From: Nitrospirota bacterium
GTDB lineage: Bacteria; Nitrospirota; UBA9217
DNA: 64,000 bases
NCBI GenBank assembly: GCA_963790205.1
Contig: CAWBNQ010000001.1
Location: forward strand, 736,001 to 800,000
Reading direction: 5' to 3'
Below are positions 21,178-33,030 of this stretch, in pieces. Each line of letters begins with the position of its first letter. The first letter of the stretch is position 1. A program made the position numbers and the translations under genes. The notes beneath the pieces were generated by a model, which saw nothing but the letters and a program-made list of their open reading frames with translations, made no database searches and was not told the DNA's origin.

Positions 21178-23679
21178 TTACACGTCCATGGGGCTTGTCC
21201 ACTGGCCGTTAGTTTTGCAACACACGGCTACGCGTTTGACCGCGCTCAGCAGCGCTTGTTCCGCCGTCATGTTCCAGAGCTGTTTGATCACGTCCTGCAC
21301 GCGCGGCTTGATCTGGTCCCTGTCCTGAAGCGTGATCAAGAGCCCTCCGGCATGATCCGGTCCCGGCGCGACAATGGTCTCAATGCATGGCCGAATGTCC
21401 CTTTGGCGGTCCTCCCGCGTGGCCAGCACCGACGTCAATGATAAAAAATGTTTTACCCGCTCCGCGATATCGTCGGCAAGCGGCCCCGGCACGCTTACCT
21501 CGTAAACGTACCTCGCGATGCTGCCGGAAAGAGACGAGGTTCTTCTTGATATCATCCGCGACTCGAGGACCCGTATCCCTTCGGGAAGGGTGTTGTTCAG
21601 ATTCCCGGTAATCCCAGGCAGATCAACAAACGGATCGGTCTCCATGTCCAGGTATTCCGCCTCGCTCTCCATGCCGACGGAAAGGGCGGGGCCGAAGGAG
21701 ATTTTAGGATGAGGATTAAACCCCCGCGAAAATGCGACCGGTATGCCGGCGCGTGCCGCGGCCCGCTGAAAAAGCGTCATCAAATCGAGGTGGGAGAGAA
21801 AGCGGACCCTGCCGGTCTTGGAATATTTCATCCTGATGAGGGCCGTGAGCTCCTGCGGGCCAAGGTGCTTTATCGGCGCTCGCAGCGGCATGACCTGATT
21901 TTTTTCGAGGCCGGCGCCGGGAGCAGCCGGTTTTCCGAACGCCGCTGTTCCGCCGTCCTTGCACCCGATGCCGCAATGCCCGCATGCTTCACGGCAATTC
22001 TCCGTGAGCTCGGCTGCAAGCGCCAGCCGGTATTCCCGCTTCAGGAATTCCTTGGTGACGCCGCTTTGAACATTGTCCCACGGAAGTTCGTCGTCCGGCC
22101 CGAAGGTGCGGCAAGCATAGGCCGCGGGGTCCAGCCCGCACTTCCTGAAAGCCTCGGTCCACTTGGCAAAATCGAAGGCTTCGCTCCAGCCGTCGAACCG
22201 GCAGCCGAGGGCGCCCGCCTCCTCGAGCACCCGGCCGAGGGCCTGATCGCCCCGGGCAAATGCCGCTTCAAGCAGGCTTGTCTCCGGATTGTGGGGCTTC
22301 AGGCTGATGCCGCGTCTCCGGAGACCCTTCTCGAGGTAAGCCTGCTTTCTCCTGATTTCTTCGAGGGAAGCCTGGCCCATCCACTGGAAGGGAGTATGCG
22401 GCTTTGGCACGAAGGTGGACACGCTGATGTTGATCTGGACCTGGCGCTTTGATAATCGCTTGCCGCAGGCCAGCAGGTCAAGGCCGAGCCTGATGATGCC
22501 GTCCAGGTCTTCGTCCGTCTCAGTCGGCAGGCCTATCATGAAGTAGAGCTTAAGGACGCTCCAGCCGTTTTTGAAGATCGTTTCCGCGGCCTCCAGGAGG
22601 TCCCGGTCGCTTACCGGCTTGTTAATGACCCGGCGGAGCCGTTCGGTGCCCGCCTCGGGCGCCAGGGTGAAGCCGGTTTTGCGCGTTCCGGCGATGGCCT
22701 CGATCATCTCCGGCGTAAGGGTGCCGACGCGAAGCGAGGGAAGAGAAACCGAAATGCGGCCGTCCCGGTATTTTTCCATGAGCTCGACAACAAGGGGCTG
22801 AATGGCCGAATAATCGCCGGAGCTCAGGGACGCGAGGGAGAGCTCCTCGTAACCGGTGCACGCGAGGGACTCCTGCAGGAGGTTTTTGACCCGCTCGGGA
22901 CTCCGTTCGCGAAAGGGCCGGTAGATGATCCCCGCCTGGCAGAAGCGGCAGCCACGGATGCAGCCGCGGGCGACCTCCACCGTTACGCGGTCGTGAACCG
23001 GCTTCATGAGCGGAAGAATGGGCCTGTCGGGGTACGGTGCGGATTCTATGCTCTTGAGGTACCGTCGGCGCACCATTGTTTTTCCAAGGGCCGGGACGAA
23101 AAAGCCGTCGCGCTGCGATACCGCTTCCAGGAACTTCCGCCTGCCCGTGTGCGCCTGCTTCAGCTCGACAAGCTCATGGATCGCCTCCTCCGCCTCGCCG
23201 ATGAAAAAAACATCGATACAATCAGAGAGCGGACCGGGGTTCACGGCGCAGGGGCCGCCCGCGATGATCACCGGATGGACGTCGGCGCGCTCCGCCGAGC
23301 GCAGAGGGATCCGGGCGAGCTCAAGGCCGACAAGGATGTTGGAGTAAGACAGTTCGTACTGGAGCGTGATGCCGATGATGTCGAATTGCGCGAGCGGCAG
23401 ATTGGACTCCAGGCTCGTGAGCGGCCTGCCCGCTGCGCGCAGTTTTTTCTCATAATCAAGCCAGGGCGAAAAAACGCGTTCGCAGGCCGTGTCCTGCCTG
23501 CTGTTCAGGATAAAATAGAGGATCCGCAGCCCGAGATGCGACATGCCTATCTCGTAGGTGTCGGGAAAGAAGAGGCAGATCTTGGTCCTGACCTTCGAGA
23601 GGTCCTTGCGCGTGCTGTTGATCTCATTGTTGATGTATCGCGCCGGTTTGGCGACGAGGGGAAGAAAGTCTTCGTACAT
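21178..23679 (-). CDS. TIGR03960-type radical SAM protein fused to a DUF2344/TIGR03936-like domain
   Basis: KPARY, FPDTYEIGMSHLG, RGCIRGCRFC; C-terminal FLSHLD...FNPHPKISFGPAL; typical position between rodA and rng. Confidence 0.88.
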   Translation of the reverse strand: MYEDFLPLVAKPARYINNEINSTRKDLSKVRTKICLFFPDTYEIGMSHLGLRILYFILNSRQDTACERVFSPWLDYEKKLRAAGRPLTSLESNLPLAQFDIIGITLQYELSYSNILVGLELARIPLRSAERADVHPVIIAGGPCAVNPGPLSDCIDVFFIGEAEEAIHELVELKQAHTGRRKFLEAVSQRDGFFVPALGKTMVRRRYLKSIESAPYPDRPILPLMKPVHDRVTVEVARGCIRGCRFCQAGIIYRPFRERSPERVKNLLQESLACTGYEELSLASLSSGDYSAIQPLVVELMEKYRDGRISVSLPSLRVGTLTPEMIEAIAGTRKTGFTLAPEAGTERLRRVINKPVSDRDLLEAAETIFKNGWSVLKLYFMIGLPTETDEDLDGIIRLGLDLLACGKRLSKRQVQINISVSTFVPKPHTPFQWMGQASLEEIRRKQAYLEKGLRRRGISLKPHNPETSLLEAAFARGDQALGRVLEEAGALGCRFDGWSEAFDFAKWTEAFRKCGLDPAAYACRTFGPDDELPWDNVQSGVTKEFLKREYRLALAAELTENCREACGHCGIGCKDGGTAAFGKPAAPGAGLEKNQVMPLRAPIKHLGPQELTALIRMKYSKTGRVRFLSHLDLMTLFQRAAARAGIPVAFSRGFNPHPKISFGPALSVGMESEAEYLDMETDPFVDLPGITGNLNNTLPEGIRVLESRMISRRTSSLSGSIARYVYEVSVPGPLADDIAERVKHFLSLTSVLATREDRQRDIRPCIETIVAPGPDHAGGLLITLQDRDQIKPRVQDVIKQLWNMTAEQALLSAVKRVAVCCKTNGQWTSPMDV

Positions 23680-23694
23680 GAAACTCCTTAAAGG

Positions 23695-23774
23695 CAGGGA
23701 CCAGGGTACAGGGGCCGGGGGCCAGTGAAGCAAAGGCTGTTACCGAACCCTGGACCCTGACGCCCGGACCCTGA
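23695..23774. repeat. Inverted heptamer tandem array (CAGGGNC)n
   Basis: CAGGGAC CAGGGTA CAGGGGC CGGGGGC / CCTGGAC CCTGACG CCCGGAC CCTGA. Confidence 0.8.
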
Positions 23775-23776
23775 TG

Positions 23777-24907
23777 TTAGTAGAACAGCATAAACCGCCG
23801 CGTCTGGATATTCAGGAGCAATCCAAGGGCGAGGAAGGTGGTAATGATCGACGTCCCGCCGTAGCTCACGAGGGGCAGGGGGACGCCCACGACGGGCACG
23901 ATGCCTACCGCCATGCCCACATTGATGAACACGTAGAGCGATATCATGGACACGATTCCCCCGGCCATGAGCACGCCGAGGCGGTCTTTGGCGTTCTTTG
24001 CCGTGTCCACGCCGGCCAGCAGCAGCACGAGGTAGAGAATGACGAGCAGGGCCGACCCGATGAAGCCGCGCTCTTCGGAAAGCACCGCGAAGATGAAGTC
24101 CGTGTGGCGCTCGGGCAGAAAGGCCATCTGGCTCTGGGTGCCCTGGCGGAAGCCCTTGCCGAAGATCTGGCCGGAGCCGACGGCGATCTTGGACTGGTTG
24201 GCGTGGTAGCCGCTCCCGAGGGGGTCGGAGCCGGGGTCGACGAACGCCCGGATCCTGTTCTGCTGGTAAGGCTTGAACTTTCCCCAGATCCTGTGCCGGA
24301 CCGGCGGGACCAGGAACACCGCGGATGCCAGGGTCGCTCCGATAAGGAGCACGACGAAGACCGAGCGGACCCGTATCCCCGCGATCATGACGATCAGGGA
24401 AGAGGTAAGGAGCAGCATGAGCGCCGTGCCCAGGTCGGGCTGTTTCAGTACGAGCACCAGCGGGACCAGGACCATGGCCCCCGGGATGGCCAGGTCCCGC
24501 AGGCCGTAGCCTCCGCGTTTCGGGTCCTCGGCAAAGTACCGCGCGAGCGCGAGCGTCAGCGAGAGCTTGGCGAACTCGGACGGCTGGAATGCAAAGGGGC
24601 CGATTGCAAGCCAGCGCTGGGCGCCCATGCCGGTCTTGCCGAACGCCGTGACCAGAAGCAGGAGTACCAGCGAGACCGCATAGAGCACATAGGCGTAGCG
24701 GCCCACGGTGCGGTAGTCCACCATGAGCGCGCATAACATCACGACCACGCCGATCGCGAGCCAGGCGATCTGCCGGTAATACAGGGATGACGGCCCCTTC
24801 GGCGTATAGGTTGCGCTGTAGACCGTGACAAGGCCGATGAGCGCGATGGCGAATATGAGGGCAACCATGCCCCAGGGCAGATTAGCGAACCGCCGTTGAT
24901 CCAGCAT
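23777..24907 (-). CDS. rodA: Rod shape-determining protein RodA
   Basis: GAQRW, FQPSEFAK, QPDLGT, PERHTDFIF, SYGGTS. Confidence 0.95.
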   Translation of the reverse strand: MLDQRRFANLPWGMVALIFAIALIGLVTVYSATYTPKGPSSLYYRQIAWLAIGVVVMLCALMVDYRTVGRYAYVLYAVSLVLLLLVTAFGKTGMGAQRWLAIGPFAFQPSEFAKLSLTLALARYFAEDPKRGGYGLRDLAIPGAMVLVPLVLVLKQPDLGTALMLLLTSSLIVMIAGIRVRSVFVVLLIGATLASAVFLVPPVRHRIWGKFKPYQQNRIRAFVDPGSDPLGSGYHANQSKIAVGSGQIFGKGFRQGTQSQMAFLPERHTDFIFAVLSEERGFIGSALLVILYLVLLLAGVDTAKNAKDRLGVLMAGGIVSMISLYVFINVGMAVGIVPVVGVPLPLVSYGGTSIITTFLALGLLLNIQTRRFMLFY

Positions 24908-26693
24908 TTTTCAGGTACTCCTCTATGACGCGCTTTGCGACCGGCGCCGCCGCACTGCCGCCGTGGACGCCGTGCTCCACGAGCACGGCCACGGCGATCT
25001 TCGGGTTGTCAGCCGGCGCATACGCAACGAACCATGCGTGGTCGGCGATTTTTTCCGATAGTTTTCTTCCCGCGACCTTCTGGGCGACCACCTGGGACGA
25101 ACCGGTCTTGCCGGCCACGATCGCGAGCGGGCTCTGCGCCCCATGGGCCGTGCCGCCCGGTTCATTGACCACGCCGACCAGCGCCTGGCGGACTTCCTCA
25201 AGCGCTACGGGATCGATTGCGATTTTGTTCTTGCGTACAGGGGCAAATGTTTTAATCTCGCCCGTCTCGCGGTTTCTGGTCTGCTTCAGGAGGCTGGGGC
25301 GATAGAAAATGCCTCCGTTCGCAATGGCACTGATCATCTGGCAGGCCTGGATCGGGCTGACCAGCACGAAGCCCTGCCCGATGGAATTGATGTAGGTGTC
25401 TCCCGGATACCACGGTTCTTTCATTCTTTTCCGTTTCCACTCCGTGGTGGGAATGAGTCCCGGCTTTTCGTCAGGCAGGAGGATGCCGGTCAGGCTTCCG
25501 TAGCCGAGCTCTCTTGCGTATTGGGCGATCCGGTCCCAGCCGATCCGCTCCCCCATGGTATAAAAGTACACGTCGCAGGACTGGACCAGGGCCTCGTGAA
25601 ACGAGATGGGACCGTGCCCGTCTTTTTTCCAGCACCGGAAGGTGTGCCTGCCGATCCTGAGCGAGCCCCTGCAGGTGATCTTTTCGTCGGGCTTGATAAT
25701 GCCCGATTCGAGGCCGGCGAGGGAGACGATGATCTTGAAGGTAGAGCCCGGCGGATAGACGCTCTGGATGGCCCGGTTGTAAAGCGGGTGAGAGGGGTCG
25801 TTCATGAGCCGGACCCAGTCCTTCGGGGCGATGCCCCGCGGGAAGAGGTTCGGGTCATAGTTGGGATGGCTTGCGAGCGCGAGGATCTCGCCCGAGTTCG
25901 GGTCCATGGCGACCACGGCCCCGGCGCGGTCGCCGAGCGCATCCTCGGCCGCTTTCTGCACGTCGAGGTCGATGGTAAGATAAATGTCCGTGCCGGGCTT
26001 GGGCTCCTCGATGCCGAGGTCCTTTACTTTCCTGCCCGCGGCATTCACCTGGATCATGCGCCTGCCGGCGATGCCGCGGAGATACTTGTCGTAAATCTTT
26101 TCAAGCCCGCCCTGGCCCGTGAGGAGGCCGATGTCCTGCTGTTCCTGCTTTCGCTGCGACGGCGATACTTTGCCGATATAGCCGAGCTGGTGCGAAGCGA
26201 GCCCGCCGTAGGGGTAATGCCTCCGATGCTCCGGCTCGACGATCGCGCCGGGAATCTCCTCCTGGTGGGCCTCGATCAGGGCGACATCGTCCCAGGGGGC
26301 CTCTTCAAGGATCTTTACCGGCTCGTATTTTGTCCTGATCGGAGCGGCCTCGTCCAGCGCCGCACGTATGGCCGCCGGGCTGAGCTTGATGGCGGACGCC
26401 AGCTTGTCGATCGTTGCATCGAGATCGGCCGCGTCTTCGGGAACGAGGGAAATATCGAAGGTAAGGACGTTCTCGACGATCGGCCTGCCGTAGCGGTCGT
26501 AGATGATGCCCCTCGGCGGCCTGAGTTTCACCGGCCTGATCCGGTTGCTCTCGGCCTGTTCCTGGTAGTAATCGCCTTTTACCGCCTGGAGATACCAGAG
26601 CCGGACCAGGATGACCACGGTGAAGAAGATGATGAATCCCGCCAGGAACGGGAGCCTTTTCTGGATATCGACGGGGTTGTCCTGCTGGAACAT
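24882..26693 (-). CDS. mrdA: Penicillin-binding protein 2
   Basis: PRGIIYDR; PGSTFK (SxxK); SCDVYF; AGKTG. Confidence 0.95.
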   Translation of the reverse strand: MFQQDNPVDIQKRLPFLAGFIIFFTVVILVRLWYLQAVKGDYYQEQAESNRIRPVKLRPPRGIIYDRYGRPIVENVLTFDISLVPEDAADLDATIDKLASAIKLSPAAIRAALDEAAPIRTKYEPVKILEEAPWDDVALIEAHQEEIPGAIVEPEHRRHYPYGGLASHQLGYIGKVSPSQRKQEQQDIGLLTGQGGLEKIYDKYLRGIAGRRMIQVNAAGRKVKDLGIEEPKPGTDIYLTIDLDVQKAAEDALGDRAGAVVAMDPNSGEILALASHPNYDPNLFPRGIAPKDWVRLMNDPSHPLYNRAIQSVYPPGSTFKIIVSLAGLESGIIKPDEKITCRGSLRIGRHTFRCWKKDGHGPISFHEALVQSCDVYFYTMGERIGWDRIAQYARELGYGSLTGILLPDEKPGLIPTTEWKRKRMKEPWYPGDTYINSIGQGFVLVSPIQACQMISAIANGGIFYRPSLLKQTRNRETGEIKTFAPVRKNKIAIDPVALEEVRQALVGVVNEPGGTAHGAQSPLAIVAGKTGSSQVVAQKVAGRKLSEKIADHAWFVAYAPADNPKIAVAVLVEHGVHGGSAAAPVAKRVIEEYLKNAGSTAVR

Positions 26694-26696
26694 CTC

Positions 26697-27206
26697 CTAC
26701 TCCTTCTGCAGGGAACGGCGTAACAGCATCGCGGTGACGTTCTTGTCCTTGAGGACCCGCAGCATAAGGGTCCCGAGGAGCCCCGTGTAAAGCGCCTGGG
26801 GAATCATGAGGTTGAAGAACATGCTGATGAAGGGAACGTTCCCATAAAAGATCTGTATGAACACCGAGATGACGATCCCTTCCGCCAGGCAAAAGACCGT
26901 CAGGAAAATGATATTGGACGGACTCGCGATGTTCAGGACCCTTCCCCCGAGCACTCCGGCGCAGAGACCGAACAGGCCTCTCGTAAAGCCGTCCAATCCG
27001 ATGAGGCCGGCGGAACTTACATCCTGGACGAGGCCGAGGCCCATGCCTGCCAGCGCCCCTTCGGTCGGTCCGGTCAGCAACCCGATGATATAAATAAGCG
27101 CCAGGGGGAGATCCGGCTTAATGCCGAACAGGGAGAACGGGCTGAACAGACTCGCCTGCGCCGGAATGATGAGCAGGAGTATCATGAGATACACGCGGGG
27201 TTTCAT
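26697..27206 (-). CDS. mreD: Rod shape-determining protein MreD
   Basis: Hydrophobic protein with KPDLPL and GLVQD; between mreC and mrdA. Confidence 0.85.
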   Translation of the reverse strand: MKPRVYLMILLLIIPAQASLFSPFSLFGIKPDLPLALIYIIGLLTGPTEGALAGMGLGLVQDVSSAGLIGLDGFTRGLFGLCAGVLGGRVLNIASPSNIIFLTVFCLAEGIVISVFIQIFYGNVPFISMFFNLMIPQALYTGLLGTLMLRVLKDKNVTAMLLRRSLQKE

Positions 27207-28009
27207 TTCCTCAGCACCAGCACTTCTTCCAGGCGGGAGAAGCTTACGACAGGTTCCGCGGCCACGGCTTGAAACGCACTGGCCTCTTGCTTTGTTACCT
27301 TGACCACTCTGGCTACGGGAAGACCCTTGGGGTAGATACCGTCGAGGCCGGAGGTGACGAGCAGATCGCCTTCCTGAATGTCCGCATAGTAGGAGACATA
27401 CTTGAGAGCGCACCTTGCGAGTGTGCCTTCGAGCAGTCCCTCTTCCCGGTTTCGCTGCACTCTGACGGCGAGCGTGCTGCCGGGATCGGTGAGCAGAATG
27501 ACCTTGGCGGTGCCGGGCAGGGCAACATGGACCTTCCCCACCACGCCCGCCGCGGTGATCACCGCCATGTCCTTGTTTATGCCGTCTTCGGCGCCTTTGT
27601 TGATCGTGACCGTGCGTGAAGACGGTGATGATTCCTTGCCGATGACCTGGGCAGTCACGGAATTCAGCGGCTGAAGTTTTTTGAAGCCCAGCAAATCACG
27701 GAGCCGGTCGTTCTCGATGAGCAGTTCATTGGTGATGGAATTTTCGAGCTTGAGCTGGTCCACTTCCATCTTCAGGCGCTCGTTCTCACGGTGAGTACGC
27801 ACCAGGAACGCGTAGCCCTGTCCAACCGACCCGACCGTGTTATACGTGCCCGTTATGAACCGTTCGAAAAAACCGGAAACAGCAAGGACCGGTTTTTCCA
27901 TGAACGTCAATCGCCCGGCCTTCACCTGAACGGTAACCAGCCAGAACAAGAGCATAAAGAGGAACAGCAGGGATAGTTTTATTTTGTTCTTTGCAATAAA
28001 CCCGGGCAT
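27203..28009 (-). CDS. mreC: Rod shape-determining protein MreC
   Basis: Coiled coil ENDRLRDLL; TINKG; LVTSGLDGIYPKG. Confidence 0.93.
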   Translation of the reverse strand: MPGFIAKNKIKLSLLFLFMLLFWLVTVQVKAGRLTFMEKPVLAVSGFFERFITGTYNTVGSVGQGYAFLVRTHRENERLKMEVDQLKLENSITNELLIENDRLRDLLGFKKLQPLNSVTAQVIGKESSPSSRTVTINKGAEDGINKDMAVITAAGVVGKVHVALPGTAKVILLTDPGSTLAVRVQRNREEGLLEGTLARCALKYVSYYADIQEGDLLVTSGLDGIYPKGLPVARVVKVTKQEASAFQAVAAEPVVSFSRLEEVLVLRK

Positions 28010-28012
28010 CGC

Positions 28013-29072
<1,060 letters not shown>

Positions 29073-29186
29073 TCAGGAATAAGACGGCCAATACGGAATG
29101 GTACGGAACCAGCGGATTCTTCGCGGGGCCCTTCTCCGTGACGAGCTCGTCAGTTTCTCTTGTCTCTTCTTGTGTCGCAGAATGTG

Positions 29187-29678
29187 TTATGCATTGGGCT
29201 GTGTCGCATCTTGCTCCCCGGATGCGCTCGAAGGCAGGTCCGGCTGCTGTTGCGGTTCTTGCACGGCCTCCGCCACGGCCCGGTCCGGCTGGACAACACG
29301 GGTCCTCGCCAGCATGTCGCCGATCCGCATTCCCTGATCGTCACCCACGGCGACCAGGCATTCCATGCCGACCGCCAGCGGACCGAGCACCCAGCCCGCG
29401 TAGGGTATTAAAAAAAGAATATAGGCCGCGGCGAACGGAACGTTTCTGAGGATCGACTCCCGGTAGGCAGGCGCCCCCACCGGGACGCCCTCCGCTGCCA
29501 CGCTGAGCCCGATCAATTTTTTACCGACGCTTTGTCCCTGAAACAGGCCGTCCCTGATGAGGATGTAGCCCAAGGCGGACAAAAACCCGAGGACATCCGG
29601 CAGCCTCGCAAGTCCGATGATGAGCAGGAGATCAACAAAGCCCGCGACAGCTCTGGTGGTGCGGTCCGCCTTTTGCAT
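29187..29678 (-). CDS. RDD family membrane protein
   Basis: SD AGGAGG; RAVAGFVD, GQSVGKKLIGL, RIGDMLARTRV. Confidence 0.82.
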   Translation of the reverse strand: MQKADRTTRAVAGFVDLLLIIGLARLPDVLGFLSALGYILIRDGLFQGQSVGKKLIGLSVAAEGVPVGAPAYRESILRNVPFAAAYILFLIPYAGWVLGPLAVGMECLVAVGDDQGMRIGDMLARTRVVQPDRAVAEAVQEPQQQPDLPSSASGEQDATQPNA

Positions 29679-30045
29679 GAGCCTCCTAAGCCAAACCATG
29701 ATAGCAGAATAAAAAATCTATTTCAAGGGTAAAAGTGGCGACGGTCCCGCAGAAGCGCTTTCAAGGCAGCCGAAATCCCCCCGGGAGGCATTCGCGTCGG
29801 CCTGGACGAAGGATATGCGAAAATAAGAGCACGTGCGAAGCGCCGCGGGAAAGGGGCGGGGAGCCAAAAGCCGCCGCCAGCCGGGAGCACTTTAATAAAA
29901 TGAATAGGAGCTTTTTTTTCGCATAAGGTGTATAGTATATCTTCCTGTCTGAACACAGAGAAGGGCGGCTTTCGACGACACGCGAATCCGCCTGTCTCAT
30001 GAACCTCGGACGCACGCATGACAGATTAAAGCCAAGGGAGGATCT

Positions 30046-30447
30046 ATGTTGGAAAAACTATCGGCCGGAGAGAATATTGCCTCGTATTGTACGAAGTGCA
30101 AACTGGTCATCGACCACGCCATCGTGGCCATGGACGGCGAGACGATCGTCAAGGTGAAGTGTAAGACCTGCGGCGGCGCGCACAAGTACCGGAGCGCCGC
30201 GGACGTCAAACCCGCCCGGACTCCCAAGAAAAAAGAAGACGCCGCAAGAACAGCGGAAGTTCTCTGGGAAACGTGCGTAGCCGAGGCGAAAGGGAAAGAG
30301 CGCGCGTACGACATGGCGGGAAAGTTCCGCGTAGGGGACGTCGTGCTCCACAATACCTTCGGCAAAGGCGTCGTGCGCAAGCTTTATTACAATAAGTGCG
30401 ACGTGCTCTTCAAGGACAAGGAACGCTTGATGGCGTCGGCGAACTGA
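30046..30447 (+). CDS. Hypothetical protein with two CxxC pairs (zinc-ribbon-like) and an SH3-like tail
   Basis: CTKC and CKTC; tail HNTFGKGVV; SD GGGAGG. Confidence 0.7.
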   Translation: MLEKLSAGENIASYCTKCKLVIDHAIVAMDGETIVKVKCKTCGGAHKYRSAADVKPARTPKKKEDAARTAEVLWETCVAEAKGKERAYDMAGKFRVGDVVLHNTFGKGVVRKLYYNKCDVLFKDKERLMASAN

Positions 30448-30466
30448 TTCCATTTAAAGCAAAAAC

Positions 30467-30539
30467 GGAAGGGGGAAGGCTGAAGGGGTTACATCATATT
30501 CCCGGCATCCTCCCTCCCTTCCGCTTTCGGCTTCAACCT
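30467..30539. repeat. Inverted heptamer tandem array (GAAGGNN)n
   Basis: GGAAGGG GGAAGGC TGAAGG / CCTTCCG CTTTCGG CTTCAA. Confidence 0.6.
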
Positions 30540-30544
30540 CCTCC

Positions 30545-31715
30545 ATGCACAAATCCAAAATCCTCATCACCTGCGCCAAAGGCATCCCTCCGTTATTTAA
30601 AGCAAGAACTGCACGCCCTGAACTTTCCCCTCTGTTCCGAACTGGTTGCGGGCGTCGAAACGGAAGGCGTCTTCGATGATACGCTCCTCCTCAATCTTTT
30701 TCTTCGCACCGGGCACCGCGTGCTTTTCCCGGTGGCGGAATTCAAGGCGAATAATGCCGACGAGCTTTACCGGGAACTGTCCGCCGTCGCGTGGGAAGAG
30801 CAGGTGCCCGAGGACGGCTATCTCTGTGTGACCTCGAGCGTTGATAACCCGAGCATCAGGGACTCGCGCTTTGCAAGCTTGAAATGCAAGGACGCCATCG
30901 TGGACCGGATCAAGGAAAAGCGCGGCAAGCGGCCCGACTCCGGCCCGGAGCGCGACCGGTCCGTGGTGCATCTCTATTGGAAGGACGACCATTGCGTCGT
31001 GTATCTCGATACCTCGGGAGAAACGCTTTCCCGCCGGGGGTACCGCAAGATCCCGCTCACGGCGCCCATGCAGGAAACGCTTGCCGCAGCGGTCGTGCTG
31101 GCCTCAGGCTGGAACGGCGAAGGAAACTTCATCAACCCCATGTGCGGCAGCGGCACGCTCGCCATCGAGGCGGCGCTCATCGCTCTCCGCCGGCCGCCCG
31201 GCCTCTTGCGCAGCAACTTCGGGTTCATGCACATAAAGCGCTTTAACGAATCCCTCTGGAACGAAGTCCGGGAGAAGGCAAAGAAGCAGGCTGAGAAAGG
31301 CCTTTCCGGCAGGATCATTGCAACGGACATACGCCCCGATGCCGTGGAAGCGGCGAGGAAGAACGCGGCAACGGCCGGTGTGGAGCACTTGATCGAATTC
31401 GGCGTGTGCGATTATGCCGACACGCCGCTCCCGGACGGCGGCGGCGTTATCGTGCTGAACCCGGCTTACGGAGAGCGGATGGGAGAAGCGGCAACGCTGG
31501 AAGGGACCTACAAGGGCATCGGAGATTTTTTCAAGCAGAAGTGCAGGGGATACACGGGCTACGTGTTCACGGGAAATCCGGGTCTCGCCAAGAAGGTGAG
31601 CCTCAAGCCGAAGCAGAGCATTCCCTTCTTTAACAGCGGCATCGAATGCAGGCTGCTTGAGTATGAGCTGTACGAGGGGACGAGGAAGAAGAAACCGAAG
31701 GCATCAGCCGAGTAG
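30545..31715 (+). CDS. THUMP-domain RlmL-like RNA methyltransferase (+1 frameshift near 30593)
   Basis: MHKSKILITCAKG start; LDTSGETLSRRGYR, APMQETLAA, NPMCGSGT, NPAYGER. Confidence 0.85.
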
Positions 31716-31848
31716 CAAAGTAATAACCGCATCGAGCCTCCTTTTTACCGCAGGGTCTCAAAAAAAAATCGTTTCAAATTCACTTCAGTTCTGATAAACT
31801 GCCGAAGAAAGAACGCACGATCCACCCAATCATCAGCGGGAGTTGGTC

Positions 31849-32562
31849 ATGTCTAAGCCGAAGATTCTCCTTGCCGAAAGCTCGAATATCGTCCTCCAGA
31901 TCGAACAGAGATGCCTGAGGGACGCCGGGGTGAGCGTATTCACCGCCGTCGACAGCGAAGAGACCCTGAGCACCGCGCGCAAAGTCCGGCCCGACCTGGT
32001 CTACCTTGCCTTCAGCCTCCACGGCATGGGCGGCGTTTCCTGCTGCAAGGCGCTTAAGTCCGATCCGGAGCTGAGGGGAATCCCGGTGGTGATGGTCTGC
32101 ACCGCGGCCGGAGAGGAGCCCGGTCTCAGCCGCGCCGCCGGGTGCGACGCGGTCGTCGCCAAGCCCATCGATCGCCGGGAGTTTCTGGAGACGGGACTCT
32201 CGCTCATCCCCAGGACCCCCCCGAGCGGGGAACGAATGCCGTGCCGCGCCATCGTGGCCTGCTCCACGGGCTCCGAAATATTTTACGGGTCCATCGAGGA
32301 CATCAGCAGCAGCGGCATGTTCGTGGGGTCTTCCCGCAAGATCGCCGCGGGCGAGCTTTTGACCTTGAAGTTCGTCCTCCCCCAAAGCGGCGCCGTGCCG
32401 ATCGAGACCGCGGCGCAGGTCAACTGGGTGAACGGCGGCAAACAGCAGCGCAACGACCACCTCCCCCCCGGTTTCGGGGTGCTCTTTCAGGGGCTTGAAG
32501 CGGCCGCAATCGAACAGATCAAGGACTATATGAATCTCATCCGGCTGCAGTTGGGCTGGTAG
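31849..32562 (+). CDS. Pseudo-receiver + PilZ domain protein
   Basis: REC fold with LVYLA where the phospho-Asp is expected; PilZ DISSSGMFV, VNWV, PGFGVLF. Confidence 0.8.
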   Translation: MSKPKILLAESSNIVLQIEQRCLRDAGVSVFTAVDSEETLSTARKVRPDLVYLAFSLHGMGGVSCCKALKSDPELRGIPVVMVCTAAGEEPGLSRAAGCDAVVAKPIDRREFLETGLSLIPRTPPSGERMPCRAIVACSTGSEIFYGSIEDISSSGMFVGSSRKIAAGELLTLKFVLPQSGAVPIETAAQVNWVNGGKQQRNDHLPPGFGVLFQGLEAAAIEQIKDYMNLIRLQLGW

Positions 32563-32675
32563 CGGCCCGCTCCCCTTTCCCGACACGTTCTTCTAAATTT
32601 CTTGCTATTTCCAGTGTTTTATACTATCTTTTTCTTCAATGAGCGCTTCGTTTAAAGCAAACGATGGACCGAAGC

Positions 32676-32790
32676 TCTGCCCGAACCGACCACGAAAAAA
32701 GTCCCCCAGCGCCAGATCGATTCTGTTGATCGGCAGAGCAATCAGTTGGTGTATGAGTTGCATGGGTTGACAGAAGATGAGATTCTATTG
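32676..32790 (+). pseudogene. Remnant of a type IIG restriction-modification enzyme C-terminus (copy 1)
   Basis: Translates SARTDHEK/VPQRQIDSVDRQSNQLVYELHGLTEDEI, matching the IDxLVYELYGLTxEEI tail of Eco57I-like proteins. Confidence 0.7.
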
Positions 32791-33030
32791 TCGCAATTCT
32801 TGCATCGAAGATCGTAAATGAAGCGGTACAAACAGACGTAGTATTGCATGATGCTACGGACGTTCCTCCTGTTGTCGTGGATCATATTCTGGATATCTTC
32901 GAGCTGCGCGGCCTCGTTGTATTAGCGAAGACCATAGGAGCAAGGCATATTATTTCTGTCTCGCCAGAGTTAATAATGGATGCTACGCTGAATTCATTGG
33001 CGAGCAGGTTTGGGTCAACCGGGAGGGTTT

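Noticed and set aside
25143..26723. Long antisense ORFs (526 aa here; also 36433-37800, 14786-16000, 164-1339 and others)
   Set aside because: Shadow frames of high-GC3 genes on the opposite strand, with no recognisable motifs.
29720..30040. Possible ncRNA between the RDD and zinc-ribbon genes (hairpin GGCGG...CCGCC near 29965-29993)
   Set aside because: No recognisable family; explainable as a divergent promoter region.
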